A stretch of DNA of 64,000 bases from Muribaculaceae bacterium (GCA_017409345.1 JAFQSX010000008.1:6982-70981), one strand, 5' to 3'; positions 18,449 through 28,437 are shown, counted from the stretch's first letter. Numbers and translations are program-made. The notes: generated by a model not told the origin, from the sequence alone.

Positions 18449-18904
18449 ATGAAACGCATTTTTTTCTTTATATTATTTATATGCATCACTTGTGCAACAG
18501 TTATTGCTCAAACAAAAATTTATCGTGGCAATAGCACATATACAAGCGATCTCCTTTACACATGGGATGGTAAACATTTATACCGAGGAAATAGCACATA
18601 TACAAGTGACATCATATATTCATGGGATGGCAAATATCTATATCGAGGCAACAGCCACTATTCATCAGATATAATTGCCACATGGGATGGTAGGTTTCTT
18701 TATAAAGGAAAGAGCAATTACTCAAGCGACACATTATATACCTTTGACGGAAAGTACATATATCAAGGTCGTAGCAACTACACCTCCGACACAGTTGCCA
18801 CATGGAGCAACAACAGGCTATATAATGGATATAGTGTTTATACATCCGACATTCTATATCGTGTAGATGGGATGTTCCCCCCTATTCTATTTGTATTCAT
18901 CTAA
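18449..18904 (+). CDS. secreted tandem-repeat protein (six 20-residue repeats)
   Basis: 151 aa. A signal peptide (MKRIFFFILFICITCATVIAQ) is followed by six repeats of consensus LYRGNSxYTSDIIYTWDGKx and a hydrophobic PPILFVFI tail. Confidence 0.7.
   Translation: MKRIFFFILFICITCATVIAQTKIYRGNSTYTSDLLYTWDGKHLYRGNSTYTSDIIYSWDGKYLYRGNSHYSSDIIATWDGRFLYKGKSNYSSDTLYTFDGKYIYQGRSNYTSDTVATWSNNRLYNGYSVYTSDILYRVDGMFPPILFVFI
18518..18877 (+). repeat. six tandem 60-bp coding repeats
   Basis: The 60-nt periodicity encodes the 20-aa repeat. It also produces stop-free alternative frames, seen as track ORFs 18492, 18675 and 18612(-). Confidence 0.8.
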
Positions 18905-18913
18905 AATATAACA

Positions 18914-19618
18914 ATGAAAACAATCACTGCTCAACAACTCAATGCCGAGTTTCTTAAACGCAAATATGCAAAGTTACTACAAAGCAACGACGTATATCCT
19001 TCGCGAAAAAATTGGAAATACATCATTGAAAACAATATGCATGAGTTATCTGATTTGTTATATAGGAAATATCTTTTAGCCATAAACACTCCTGAAGAGG
19101 CTCGTAGCATTTATCACAACGACACAATCGAGATGTTCCCTCAATATCTTGAATATATTGATCGCCGATATGCTATCGCTACACTATATAAAGACACTTC
19201 TACAAATCCATCTGCATCAATAGATTTGGCCATTAATCTACATTTATTTGACATTGATGGGATTTTAGACATGCTTGATCGTGACGAAATACGTGCTGCT
19301 GCACGTATGCTAATGGCAATGAAACCCACATACGATGCAAATGATTTAAATGACTTGCTTGATCTTCTTGATGACTTTATTGAACTTCCCGACATGGGAT
19401 ATTACGAAGGTAGCAGATTGGGCCTAATATCTGGGAGTGAACGCTATGTATGCCCTAATGGCCATGTCAATAAAGATGAGGTGCAATATTGCACCCATCC
19501 CAATTGTGGTCTAAACATAAAAGGACTTACTCGCACCGAGGTGGAATGTATTGACACATATACCGAACGGTTAAAGATTCTCCAAGAACTATTTTCGCCA
19601 AAAAGTGCGAGTGAATAA
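18914..19618 (+). CDS. hypothetical protein with a C-terminal zinc-ribbon-like motif
   Basis: 234 aa with an acidic helical body and CPNGHVNKDEVQYCTHPNCG near the C-terminus. Its 3' end overlaps convergent trkH by 30 nt. Confidence 0.55.
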   Translation: MKTITAQQLNAEFLKRKYAKLLQSNDVYPSRKNWKYIIENNMHELSDLLYRKYLLAINTPEEARSIYHNDTIEMFPQYLEYIDRRYAIATLYKDTSTNPSASIDLAINLHLFDIDGILDMLDRDEIRAAARMLMAMKPTYDANDLNDLLDLLDDFIELPDMGYYEGSRLGLISGSERYVCPNGHVNKDEVQYCTHPNCGLNIKGLTRTEVECIDTYTERLKILQELFSPKSASE

Positions 19619-21061
19619 TAATATAACAGTAAATAGTTCCAAACGTCCCATCAACATCAATAGCGACAACACCCATTTACCTATATCAGAAATTATATCA
19701 TAAGAGCCTCCATATCCCGTAACGCCGGCACCTAATCCAGTGTTACCAATACATGAGAATGCAGAGAAAAACGCATCAACCAAAGGGATACCAGTTGCAG
19801 TAAGAACAATTCCACCCACAGCAATGAGAATCACATATATACATAAAAACGCGATTACCTTATTCACGACATCGTGGGCTAGTACTTTGCCATTAACGCG
19901 CACCGAACATATTGCATTTGGATGAAGGCTACGATATATTTCATTTCTAATATTTTTCACCAAAAACAACATGCGGTCAATCTTGGCACCTCCACTTGTT
20001 GAACCGGCACTTGCTCCAAAGAACATTAACAAGAACATCAATGCGACAACAAACGGACCCCAGTTCTCAAAATTACCTACCGTTAATCCTGTAGAGGTCA
20101 ATGCCGAAACGATTTGGAACAATGGATCAATTGTTACCGATTCCCATGATTGCACTTGATTATTAGCGACAATGGCTATAATAAACAATCCCATCATCAC
20201 TACTATGATGTAAACATACGCTCTTAAGACCTCACTTTTCCACAATTCACCGACCTGTCCTGATGCTGCCTTAAATAACAGTGCAAAATTCACACCACCC
20301 AGAAACATAAACAAGGTAACAATTGACTTTACATATACCGAATCCCAGGCTCCAATACTTTCATTCTTCGTTGAAAAACCACCGGTAGACATTGTACTAA
20401 ATGCATGGCATATACTATCAAAGAAACTCATTGGGCCCAACCATAGTAATACACACAACACAATTGTCAACACAATATACACAAACCATAATCCCATGGC
20501 AGTTTGACTAATCCGTGGGCGCAATTTATCGCGTGTGATGCCGGTAACTTCAGCATTAAACATCTGCATTCCTCCAGAATGATTGAGCATCGGTATAACG
20601 GCTAAAGTAAACAGTATTATCCCCATCCCACCAATCCATTGCATGAGGCATCGCCATATTAAAATCCCATTCGACAAATGGTCGATAGAAGTCAGTACTG
20701 TTGCTCCGGTTGTTGTAAAACCCGACATTGTTTCAAAAAAAGCATCACTCACGCTCATTTTTGTATCCCCTATCATAAATGGAATCATTCCAAAAATAGA
20801 AAACACAATCCATGTCAATGCCGTCAATAAAAAACCTTCGCGTTTTCCCATATCGGTACGCGAGGGCTTAATTGCAAAAGCCAATAAACTCCCTGACAAT
20901 GCCGTTACTCCAATTGTCAATATAAATGCTTTTACATCATTCTCCCCATATATGAGACTAGTTATCATGGGGACAAGCATAAATATTGCCTCTATAATAA
21001 GGAGAAGACCTATCACTCGAGCCAATGCCCAAAAATTTATTTGTGTATTATTTTTATACAT
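19589..21061 (-). CDS. trkH: TrkH-family potassium uptake protein
   Basis: 490-aa polytopic protein with repeated pore-loop MSGFTTTG / STGGFST / LTSTGLT / IGNTGLG motifs. Confidence 0.9.
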   Translation of the reverse strand: MYKNNTQINFWALARVIGLLLIIEAIFMLVPMITSLIYGENDVKAFILTIGVTALSGSLLAFAIKPSRTDMGKREGFLLTALTWIVFSIFGMIPFMIGDTKMSVSDAFFETMSGFTTTGATVLTSIDHLSNGILIWRCLMQWIGGMGIILFTLAVIPMLNHSGGMQMFNAEVTGITRDKLRPRISQTAMGLWFVYIVLTIVLCVLLWLGPMSFFDSICHAFSTMSTGGFSTKNESIGAWDSVYVKSIVTLFMFLGGVNFALLFKAASGQVGELWKSEVLRAYVYIIVVMMGLFIIAIVANNQVQSWESVTIDPLFQIVSALTSTGLTVGNFENWGPFVVALMFLLMFFGASAGSTSGGAKIDRMLFLVKNIRNEIYRSLHPNAICSVRVNGKVLAHDVVNKVIAFLCIYVILIAVGGIVLTATGIPLVDAFFSAFSCIGNTGLGAGVTGYGGSYDIISDIGKWVLSLLMLMGRLELFTVILLFTRTFWRK

Positions 21062-21081
21062 AAAGTACTTTGTAATTGACT

Positions 21082-22416
21082 TTAAGTAAATAATTTTTCA
21101 ACTTTATGTAATGCTCCGGTCAAACAAAATACAACAACATGGTCTCCTGCTTGAATCTCTGTATTACCAGTAACAAGCATCCCCACACCATCTCTTACCA
21201 ACCCGGCAATGGTCATATCGCGAGAGAGACTCAAGTTTTTAACTGCACCTCGTGTGATTTTTGATCCAGGTCGAGCAACTATTTCGGCCACTTCGGCATC
21301 GGTAAGGGCATGACATTTAGATGTTGAAGAGTCGGCATCAAGCAATAATTGGAAAATTGTACTAGAGGCCAATAATTTTTTATTTATTGTTGTCCCAATA
21401 TTGAGACCTTCAGCTTCTGATACTAACTGTAGGTTTTCAACTTCGGCAATGGTTTTAGCCACTCCAAACTCTTTTGCCATGATACACGCAAGAATATTTG
21501 TTTCGGAACTTTCAGTCAACGCAATAAAAGCATCTACATCACTAATTCCTTCTTCACGAAGCACATCTATATCGCGAGCATCATCATGAACGATATCACA
21601 ATCGGGACATTGTTCTGCCAAGATTTGACATACATCCATGTTTTTTTCTATAATCTTGAATTTAAAATCATTATCGGCCAGATCCACTGTACGAATTGCG
21701 ATACGGGAACCTCCCATTATCATTACTTTTCTTACATCAAAATCGGTCTTTCCACATATCTCCAACAGATCATTGACATGGTCTCGAGTTGTTGTAAAAT
21801 ATAATATGTCATCAAGTTTGATATAATCATCGCCACGTGGAATAATCGTATTATGATGGCGTTTAATTGCAGAAACGTGAAAAGTTGGCTGTATCGCCGC
21901 CAATTCTTTAAGTTGCATTCCTATTAATTGGGCTGTCTCACGCATCTTCACTCCCACCAATATTATCTCTCCATCATGCAACTCAAACCAATGGCGCACC
22001 CATGGGCGTTTCAATGCTGTGATAATCTCTTGAGCAGCAAGATACTCAGGATAAATCAACGAATCAACTCCTATCGTCGCAAAATATTCCTTATTCTCTT
22101 GATTCATAAACTCATAATTATCTATTCGAGCCACCGTTCGCCCTGCCCCTATTCTTTTAGCAATTGAACACGAAATTACGTTGGTTGACTCATAGGGTGT
22201 TACAGCAATAAACAAATCGCAATTTTCAACCCCGGCATCACGCAATGTGTGAAACGAAGTCGGGCTACCAACCATAGTCATCAAATTATAGTTGGCATCC
22301 ATATCGGCTAATTTAGAAGCATCGCGATCGACCAACACTATATCTTGATTCTCATACGAAAGCAATTTCGCCAAATGAGATCCAACTTCACCTGCTCCTG
22401 CTATAACGATTTTCAT
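21082..22416 (-). CDS. trkA: Trk system potassium uptake protein TrkA
   Basis: 444 aa with two RCK/NAD-binding repeats (MKIVIAGAGEVGSHLA and VMIMGGSRIAIRT). Confidence 0.9.
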   Translation of the reverse strand: MKIVIAGAGEVGSHLAKLLSYENQDIVLVDRDASKLADMDANYNLMTMVGSPTSFHTLRDAGVENCDLFIAVTPYESTNVISCSIAKRIGAGRTVARIDNYEFMNQENKEYFATIGVDSLIYPEYLAAQEIITALKRPWVRHWFELHDGEIILVGVKMRETAQLIGMQLKELAAIQPTFHVSAIKRHHNTIIPRGDDYIKLDDILYFTTTRDHVNDLLEICGKTDFDVRKVMIMGGSRIAIRTVDLADNDFKFKIIEKNMDVCQILAEQCPDCDIVHDDARDIDVLREEGISDVDAFIALTESSETNILACIMAKEFGVAKTIAEVENLQLVSEAEGLNIGTTINKKLLASSTIFQLLLDADSSTSKCHALTDAEVAEIVARPGSKITRGAVKNLSLSRDMTIAGLVRDGVGMLVTGNTEIQAGDHVVVFCLTGALHKVEKLFT

Positions 22417-24320
22417 TTATTCTCTTTATTTGCTTTTAGAATTGTTTGATATATTGACTCGCAATCCATTCCACAATAATGATATAATTCAGATATTGTG
22501 CCTTGAGTAACAAATTCGTCAGGAATACCAATTGGATATACCCTTGATTTATATCCATGATCATTAAGCCATTCTATTACCGCCGAATATAATCCTCCTT
22601 TTATAGTGCCATCTTCGACTGTCAAAATAGGGCATTCTTTTGAGGCTACTTCCGATAATAGAAGTTCATCAATAGGCTTTAAAAACACCATATCATAATG
22701 AGCAATCGAAATATCATCTTCAGATTTAGCCTTTTCTATTGCCTTTGACACTTCATCGGCAATTGTTCCTATTGAAAGAACTACCACATTATTGCCTTCA
22801 GAAATTCTTTCTCCACGACCTATTTCGACAGCTTGCATATCATTTTTCCAATTAATCTCTTTCCCGGCTCCTCGTGGATAACGAATAGCAAATGGTCCGA
22901 AGTTGTCAGATTGTGAAGTATATAATAAATTTCGCAACCAATGCTCATTACGTGGTGCAGCAACAATCATTCCCGGAATAGATCTCAGATATGACAAATC
23001 CAGTGCACCATGATGCGTTGCTCCATCTTCTCCGACCAATCCGGCACGATCTATACAGAATGTCACCGGCAATTTCAACAATGCCACATCATGAATTATA
23101 TGGTCATAGGCTCGTTGAAGAAATGATGAATAAATGGCACAATATGGGCGCATTCCATCTTTTGCCAAACCTCCGGCAAATGTAACAGCATGACCTTCCG
23201 AAATACCCACATCAAACACTCGATGAGGCATTTCTTCTTGTAATATGCTCATTGATGTTCCCGATGGCATTGCAGCAGTGATTCCCACGATTTTGTCATT
23301 TTTTTGAGCAAGTTCAACCATCGTTTTTCCAAATACATCTTGGTATTTGAGTGGTTCGTTCTGATTAGTTGAAACATATCGTTCACCTGTCTGTGGATTA
23401 AATTTCCCCGGAGCGTGCCATGATGCCGGATCACGCTCGGCAGGTGCATACCCTTTCCCTTTGGTGGTACAAATGTGCAAAATACGAGGGCCCTCCATAT
23501 CCTTTATTTCACGCAACACTTTAATCAATCGATTTAAATCGTGTCCATCAAATGGGCCAAAGTAGCGCACATTCAACCCTTCAAATATATTTTGTTTATT
23601 TGATAATAATGATTTGATACTATTATTAAATCGAAGCACTTTACCTCTTAATCTCTCCGAAATGAGGTTATGTCGTTTTAAGGAACTATAAGCCTTGTAA
23701 CGCAATCTATTATACCCCTTTGATGTAGTAATTTTCCCAAGATAAGAGTTAAGAGATCCAACATTGCTATCAATTGACATATTATTATCATTCAATATTA
23801 TGAGCAAATTGTTCTTGGTGTTTGCTGCATTATTGATCCCTTCAAATGCCAACCCACCTCCAATTGATGCGTCTCCAATAACAGCAACGACATTACGACG
23901 AGGTGATTCATTTTTCATTTCCGATGCAACGGCCATACCTAATGCTGCAGAAATGGAATTTGATGCATGTCCGGCTGCAAATGTATCATATTCACTCTCT
24001 TTGGGATTAGGGAACCCACATAGGCCACCGAACTTTCTATTAAATTCAAATTGCTCTCGACGTCCTGTCAATAATTTATGACCATAAGCTTGATGACCAA
24101 CATCCCACACAATACGATCATACGGAGTATTAAATACATAATGCAATGCCACAGTCAACTCCACAGCCCCCATGCTTGATGCAAAATGGCCCGGATTGGA
24201 CGACAATGAATCAATTAAAAATTTGCGTATATCTTCACACACTTGTGGCAATTTATCTTGCGACAAAGAGCGTAAGTCTTCAGGAGAGTTTAATATATCT
24301 AATAATGGAGTATCAGCCAT
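22413..24320 (-). CDS. dxs: 1-deoxy-D-xylulose-5-phosphate synthase
   Basis: 635 aa with the GHQAYGHKLLTGRR and IGDASIGGGLAFEG ThDP motifs. It overlaps trkA by 4 nt. Confidence 0.95.
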   Translation of the reverse strand: MADTPLLDILNSPEDLRSLSQDKLPQVCEDIRKFLIDSLSSNPGHFASSMGAVELTVALHYVFNTPYDRIVWDVGHQAYGHKLLTGRREQFEFNRKFGGLCGFPNPKESEYDTFAAGHASNSISAALGMAVASEMKNESPRRNVVAVIGDASIGGGLAFEGINNAANTKNNLLIILNDNNMSIDSNVGSLNSYLGKITTSKGYNRLRYKAYSSLKRHNLISERLRGKVLRFNNSIKSLLSNKQNIFEGLNVRYFGPFDGHDLNRLIKVLREIKDMEGPRILHICTTKGKGYAPAERDPASWHAPGKFNPQTGERYVSTNQNEPLKYQDVFGKTMVELAQKNDKIVGITAAMPSGTSMSILQEEMPHRVFDVGISEGHAVTFAGGLAKDGMRPYCAIYSSFLQRAYDHIIHDVALLKLPVTFCIDRAGLVGEDGATHHGALDLSYLRSIPGMIVAAPRNEHWLRNLLYTSQSDNFGPFAIRYPRGAGKEINWKNDMQAVEIGRGERISEGNNVVVLSIGTIADEVSKAIEKAKSEDDISIAHYDMVFLKPIDELLLSEVASKECPILTVEDGTIKGGLYSAVIEWLNDHGYKSRVYPIGIPDEFVTQGTISELYHYCGMDCESIYQTILKANKENK

Positions 24321-24331
24321 TAGTTATATTT

Positions 24332-24511
24332 TTATTTTCTATTATTCCCTATATACTTCTTATACATAGGAACAAATATTATTATCGCAGAGGCAAATAT
24401 CACAAACCAAGTATATAGGGTAATTGGTTTAGAAGTTACCAAGAGCCAATAGCACAAAAATAGCCACAAAACTCCAAGTACCACAAATCGTAATATAATT
24501 GAAAATTTCAT
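24332..24511 (-). CDS. 59-aa two-TM mini-protein upstream of dxs (below the track's 60-aa cutoff)
   Basis: My own translation: MKFSIILRFVVLGVLWLFLCYWLLVTSKPITLYTWFVIFASAIIIFVPMYKKYIGNNRK. The stop lies 11 nt before the dxs ATG. A TATATTTG promoter motif lies 39 nt upstream. Confidence 0.4.
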   Translation of the reverse strand: MKFSIILRFVVLGVLWLFLCYWLLVTSKPITLYTWFVIFASAIIIFVPMYKKYIGNNRK

Positions 24512-24549
24512 CTTCTTTATATTTAAAACCTACTACGGCATTTAATATG

Positions 24550-24557
24550 CAAATATA
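24550..24557 (-). promoter_or_regulatory. -7 promoter motif TATATTTG (minus strand)
   Basis: TAnnTTTG upstream of the mini-ORF and the dxs-trkA-trkH genes. Confidence 0.4.
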
Positions 24558-24588
24558 CTGATTTTATTTAAAACAACACTATATATAA

Positions 24589-24620
24589 ACAAAAAAGAGT
24601 GGCAAACAATTGCCACTCTT
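24589..24620 (-). terminator. rho-independent terminator after tonB
   Basis: aagagtggcaa / ttgccactctt form the stem. On the minus strand it is followed by ttttttg. Confidence 0.65.
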
Positions 24621-24650
24621 TAATATCATAGAGTTGAATCTAATCAAAGA

Positions 24651-25514
24651 TTATTGTTGAAGTTTGAAGTTGATAGGAAGAGTAAACCAACAACGCACTT
24701 CTTGACCATTATTCTTACCAGGGATAAACTTAGGAAGAGATTTCACGAGACGGAGTGCTTCTTTATCGAGTTCAGGGTGACGACCACGGGCAATTTTTGC
24801 TTGACCCACGCGACCATCACGCTCAACAACGAATTGAACTACTACACGACCTTGTGCACCTTCTTCTTGAGCCATAACCGGATATTGAATATGAGAACTG
24901 AGCCATTTCATCAATGCTGCTTCACCACCAGGGAATTGTGGTTTTTGTTCTACAGCAGTAAAGATTTTTTCTGGTTCTGGTTTAGGTTCAGGTTTCTTGA
25001 TTTCTTCTACGATAACCTTTTCCTTAACTTGTTCTTTATTCAAGTCATTAGTTCCTTCAGTAACGTCTTTTGAACCGAATTGAGCCTCGTTTTCTTGAAC
25101 TTCGCTCATATCTTTTACCTCTTTCTTGTCGTCAAATTTATTATCTTCAACGATGTCAATTTTGGTAACTTGTTGCTCGTTTGCAACGTCTTCCTTTTTG
25201 ATTTGTTCTTCTGGTTCAGGAATATCTATTACTTCTGGTTCTTCGATTTCTTCTTCAGGAATTTCGTCAAAGTTAACCACAGCTTGTTCTACACCAGCAT
25301 CAGCAGTGTCTTCTTGCTTAAGGTTGATAATACCAGATGCGAGCAAGATTACTATAGTGAGAATCACTGCCAAAGCAGCCAAAACGATTAACATAGCCTT
25401 ATTGTGGCGACCTTCAGAGTCTTTACGCATTTGGTATGCACCAAACTCTTTATTTTTACCTTCGAAAATCAGATCGCGCCAACCTTGTGATGAAAGATCT
25501 ACATCTTTTGCCAT
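24651..25514 (-). CDS. tonB: energy transducer TonB
   Basis: 287 aa. An N-terminal TM segment is followed by a Glu/Lys/Pro-rich spacer and a C-terminal TonB domain (QFPGGEAALMKWLSSHIQYP...GRVVVQFVVERDG). Confidence 0.85.
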   Translation of the reverse strand: MAKDVDLSSQGWRDLIFEGKNKEFGAYQMRKDSEGRHNKAMLIVLAALAVILTIVILLASGIINLKQEDTADAGVEQAVVNFDEIPEEEIEEPEVIDIPEPEEQIKKEDVANEQQVTKIDIVEDNKFDDKKEVKDMSEVQENEAQFGSKDVTEGTNDLNKEQVKEKVIVEEIKKPEPKPEPEKIFTAVEQKPQFPGGEAALMKWLSSHIQYPVMAQEEGAQGRVVVQFVVERDGRVGQAKIARGRHPELDKEALRLVKSLPKFIPGKNNGQEVRCWFTLPINFKLQQ

Positions 25515-25560
25515 TTTACTTTCTTTTTAATAGGTTAATATATAGTTCATTCACACAAAA

Positions 25561-26277
25561 TTACTTAGAAGGATTCCTACGTTTAAACTCGTTGAGGAGA
25601 ATAGTGTCGGTGTGAGTTGGGTACTCTATACTATAACGAGAGATTTGGTTGATTTGCATTTCATCAAGAGCATTAACCAATCCTTCATAAGTAGTATTAG
25701 GACCTGGCTTAATCACAACCACAGGGCGAGTTTTGGTTGAGTCAGAAGCATTTACTTTAGCAAGAGAGTCAAATTGTTCTTTAGTAATTTCTTCTTTTTG
25801 CCAACGTTCTTTAAGTTTCAAGTATTCTTTCATAACCGCTTCATTGCGTTTAACAAGAATAGCACGAATACCTTGAGGTTGATTGTTTTGGTTTCCGACA
25901 AATTTCTCAAGTTTCAAGAAATCGGGAGTAGAGAAAGTAGTATCAGCAATACCGGTATAATAATACACTAAGTGTTTAGTTTTACCGTTTTCGTCAACTA
26001 CCGGAGTACCTGATTGTTCATTATATTCTGTATCAAGAATCAATGTTACAGCCTCTGATTTTTTTGCTTGGTTTTGATTTTCCTTCTTAACTTCTTCGTT
26101 TGTAGGGAGAATCAATTGCAAAGTTTGAGACTTAATCATTGTTGTACAAAGCATAAAGAATGTAATCAGAAGCATGTTCATGTCAACCATAGGGGTAAAA
26201 TCGACATGAATAGCGATCTTCTTTTGGGCGCCTTTTTTCTTTTTGCCGCCGTTGTCTGATTGTTCTATTTGTGCCAT
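25561..26277 (-). CDS. exbD: biopolymer transporter ExbD family protein
   Basis: 238 aa with the membrane-proximal motif DFTPMVDMNMLLITFFML. Confidence 0.8.
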   Translation of the reverse strand: MAQIEQSDNGGKKKKGAQKKIAIHVDFTPMVDMNMLLITFFMLCTTMIKSQTLQLILPTNEEVKKENQNQAKKSEAVTLILDTEYNEQSGTPVVDENGKTKHLVYYYTGIADTTFSTPDFLKLEKFVGNQNNQPQGIRAILVKRNEAVMKEYLKLKERWQKEEITKEQFDSLAKVNASDSTKTRPVVVIKPGPNTTYEGLVNALDEMQINQISRYSIEYPTHTDTILLNEFKRRNPSK

Positions 26278-26289
26278 AATTTACCTTTA

Positions 26290-27105
26290 TTAATTGGTTG
26301 GTTCATCTTCAGATTTAAGAGCAGTCAAAAGACTGAACTTATTAAGTTTCATAGTTTGAAGGTTGTCGAACACGATTTGCACAGTAGAATAAGGAGTATT
26401 CTTATCGGCTTTAACCGCGATACCTTCACCTTTGCGCATAAGTGCAGTGTAAAGGTTTTCCAACTTTTTAATTTCAGCAGGGTCACCGCCTACTGATTCC
26501 TTCTGATCATTATGAATCTTTTGTGCTACATTATATACAGCCTTCATCCACACTTGGAAGTCATTGAGGCGACCATTGCGATCTTTATTTCCATCAATGG
26601 GTATACCTACATTAGGATCTTCCATATTGCCTTGGAATTCATCACGTTTAGATTGTTCTAAATCGAGATATTGTGGCATGCCACGGAAAGGCAATCCAAA
26701 CATATTGAGTTTTGTAAACTCAGTAATTTGCTTTTGGTTAAGTGTTACCTTAGCTGAGGGGTGCTGTTCATTGTAAATTTTTACTGCCTCTAAAAGCATC
26801 ATTTCGCGAATGTGCTCGCTTGAGAGGGTTGAGTCTTTATCACCGGTGAAAGAGATAAAGATTTTACCTTCGGTATCAGGGTTCCCGGCATTACCTGGTT
26901 TATCTTTGCCTGAGACAAGAATAGTAACCAAGTTATTCATAGGCACCTTTTCTTCAGAAACCGATGATGGAGTCATAACTACAGTCGGTTCTTTAGCCAA
27001 GAAGGTAGAAGTCAACATAAAAAAAGTAAGCAAAAGAACAGTCACGTCACTCATCGCGGTCATGTCGATGAGCGTACTCTTTCTTTTTATTTTTACTTTT
27101 CCCAT
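26290..27105 (-). CDS. exbD: biopolymer transporter ExbD family protein (second copy)
   Basis: 271 aa with DMTAMSDVTVLLLTFFMLTSTF. Confidence 0.8.
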   Translation of the reverse strand: MGKVKIKRKSTLIDMTAMSDVTVLLLTFFMLTSTFLAKEPTVVMTPSSVSEEKVPMNNLVTILVSGKDKPGNAGNPDTEGKIFISFTGDKDSTLSSEHIREMMLLEAVKIYNEQHPSAKVTLNQKQITEFTKLNMFGLPFRGMPQYLDLEQSKRDEFQGNMEDPNVGIPIDGNKDRNGRLNDFQVWMKAVYNVAQKIHNDQKESVGGDPAEIKKLENLYTALMRKGEGIAVKADKNTPYSTVQIVFDNLQTMKLNKFSLLTALKSEDEPTN

Positions 27106-27160
27106 ATTTACCTTTTATTATTTGATTAAAAAAATCTTGTTAATTGGTTGAAATATGGAA

Positions 27161-27994
27161 TTAGTGAGTAGCAGCAAATGTTTGCACAATTGAGAAACCG
27201 ATTTCGTCGATTGCGTAAGTAAGGTGGTCGATTTTGTTAGTATAGAAGTTGTAACCAATAACTGCAAACGCACCTGTTGCGATACCAAACGCAGTGTTGA
27301 TAAGCGCTTCAGAGATACCAGCTGAAAGTTCAGTTGAGTCAGGAGCACCAGAAGCAGAAAGAGCTTGGAACGATTTGATCATACCGATTACAGTACCGAG
27401 AAGACCAACGAGTGTACCAAGAGTAGTCATTGTTGCTACGATAGGAAGGTTTTGTTGAAGAGCAGGCATTTCAAGAGCAGTTGCTTCTTCAAGTTCTTTT
27501 TGGATAGTAGTGATTTTTTGTTCTTTAGAAAGAGCAGTGTTTTTGTCCATTTCATCGTAACGAACAAGAGCAGCAGCAACTACAGCAGCAACGCTACCAC
27601 CTTGTTTTTTACAAAGTTGTTGTGCACCTGCGATGTCATTCTTAAGAAGAGATGCTTTGATGTTAGCAACGAATTTAGTGATGTCACCATTACCTTTTGC
27701 AGAACGAAGAGCAAAGAAACGTTCAACACAAAGAACGATAACTGTCAAGAACAAACCTTGAAGAATAGGCACGATGATACCACCTTTGTAAATTGTACCC
27801 CAAATATCAATTGGGTGTCCATCTGGATTTGCATCTTGGAAGTGAGAAGGATTTCCAAACCAGAAGAAGAATAAACAGAATGTTACTACCATACACGCGA
27901 GGATTACCAAAGAGGCATTCTTAATACCAGGCGCATTTGATTTTTGAGACTTAGCCTTTGCAGCAGGCTTAGTTGCGGGCTTTTGAGCTTCCAT
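27161..27994 (-). CDS. exbB: MotA/TolQ/ExbB proton channel protein
   Basis: 277 aa with TLGTLVGLLGTVIGMIKSF and GISEALINTAFGIATG. Confidence 0.88.
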   Translation of the reverse strand: MEAQKPATKPAAKAKSQKSNAPGIKNASLVILACMVVTFCLFFFWFGNPSHFQDANPDGHPIDIWGTIYKGGIIVPILQGLFLTVIVLCVERFFALRSAKGNGDITKFVANIKASLLKNDIAGAQQLCKKQGGSVAAVVAAALVRYDEMDKNTALSKEQKITTIQKELEEATALEMPALQQNLPIVATMTTLGTLVGLLGTVIGMIKSFQALSASGAPDSTELSAGISEALINTAFGIATGAFAVIGYNFYTNKIDHLTYAIDEIGFSIVQTFAATH

Positions 27995-28107
27995 AATTTT
28001 TAAAAATTAGTTATTAATTGATGATTAGTTATAAATTAGTAAAACTATTTTTCCATTTCAAACGTTTTAATATATACCCTATACGGCTATATACAAAAAC
28101 GGATATG

Positions 28108-28115
28108 CAAAAGTA
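28108..28115 (-). promoter_or_regulatory. -7 promoter motif TACTTTTG (minus strand)
   Basis: TAnnTTTG in the 443-bp divergent intergenic region, upstream of exbB. Confidence 0.35.
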
Positions 28116-28408
28116 ATATTATATTTTCAACTTTCAAATTTTTTTTGAATCATTTTTTTCTATTTGCGAACATATATTCCAAATTTGAAAAATTTAGAAA
28201 TTTTCACAAATTCAAAAAATGTTATCATGTGTTTTCATCATCGGCAATACAATGGTCTATTTTCCATCTTTATTGCCCTATAAGTCAGAAGAATTATTAT
28301 TTTTGCTCCCATTTTACCCCAAATACCCTTCATATATTAAATGTTTAAATTTATCTAAAATGGCGTTTTTTATTGGAATATGTTAGTTTTATGTTACAAT
28401 TTTATTAA

Positions 28409-28416
28409 TACCTTTG
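28409..28416 (+). promoter_or_regulatory. -7 promoter motif TACCTTTG
   Basis: TAnnTTTG 22 nt upstream of the nqrA ATG. Confidence 0.45.
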
Positions 28417-28437
28417 TAATAACAAAACCTAAATCAA

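Noticed and set aside
18270-19618. tRNA gene as the attachment site of an integrated element.
   Set aside because: There is no integrase. I could find no direct repeat of the tRNA 3' end downstream. The tRNA is followed by its own terminator.
24654-25530. Three plus-strand ORFs (24654..25073, 25080..25391, 25126..25530) antisense to tonB.
   Set aside because: These are low-complexity stop-free frames opposite the Glu/Lys/Pro-rich TonB spacer. The translations are Phe/Leu/Ser-rich nonsense.
28145-28348. 67-aa ORF in the 443-bp exbB/nqrA divergent region.
   Set aside because: The peptide is extremely AT-biased (Phe/Lys/Asn/His-rich) with no hydrophobic or family signature. The region more likely holds the two divergent promoters.
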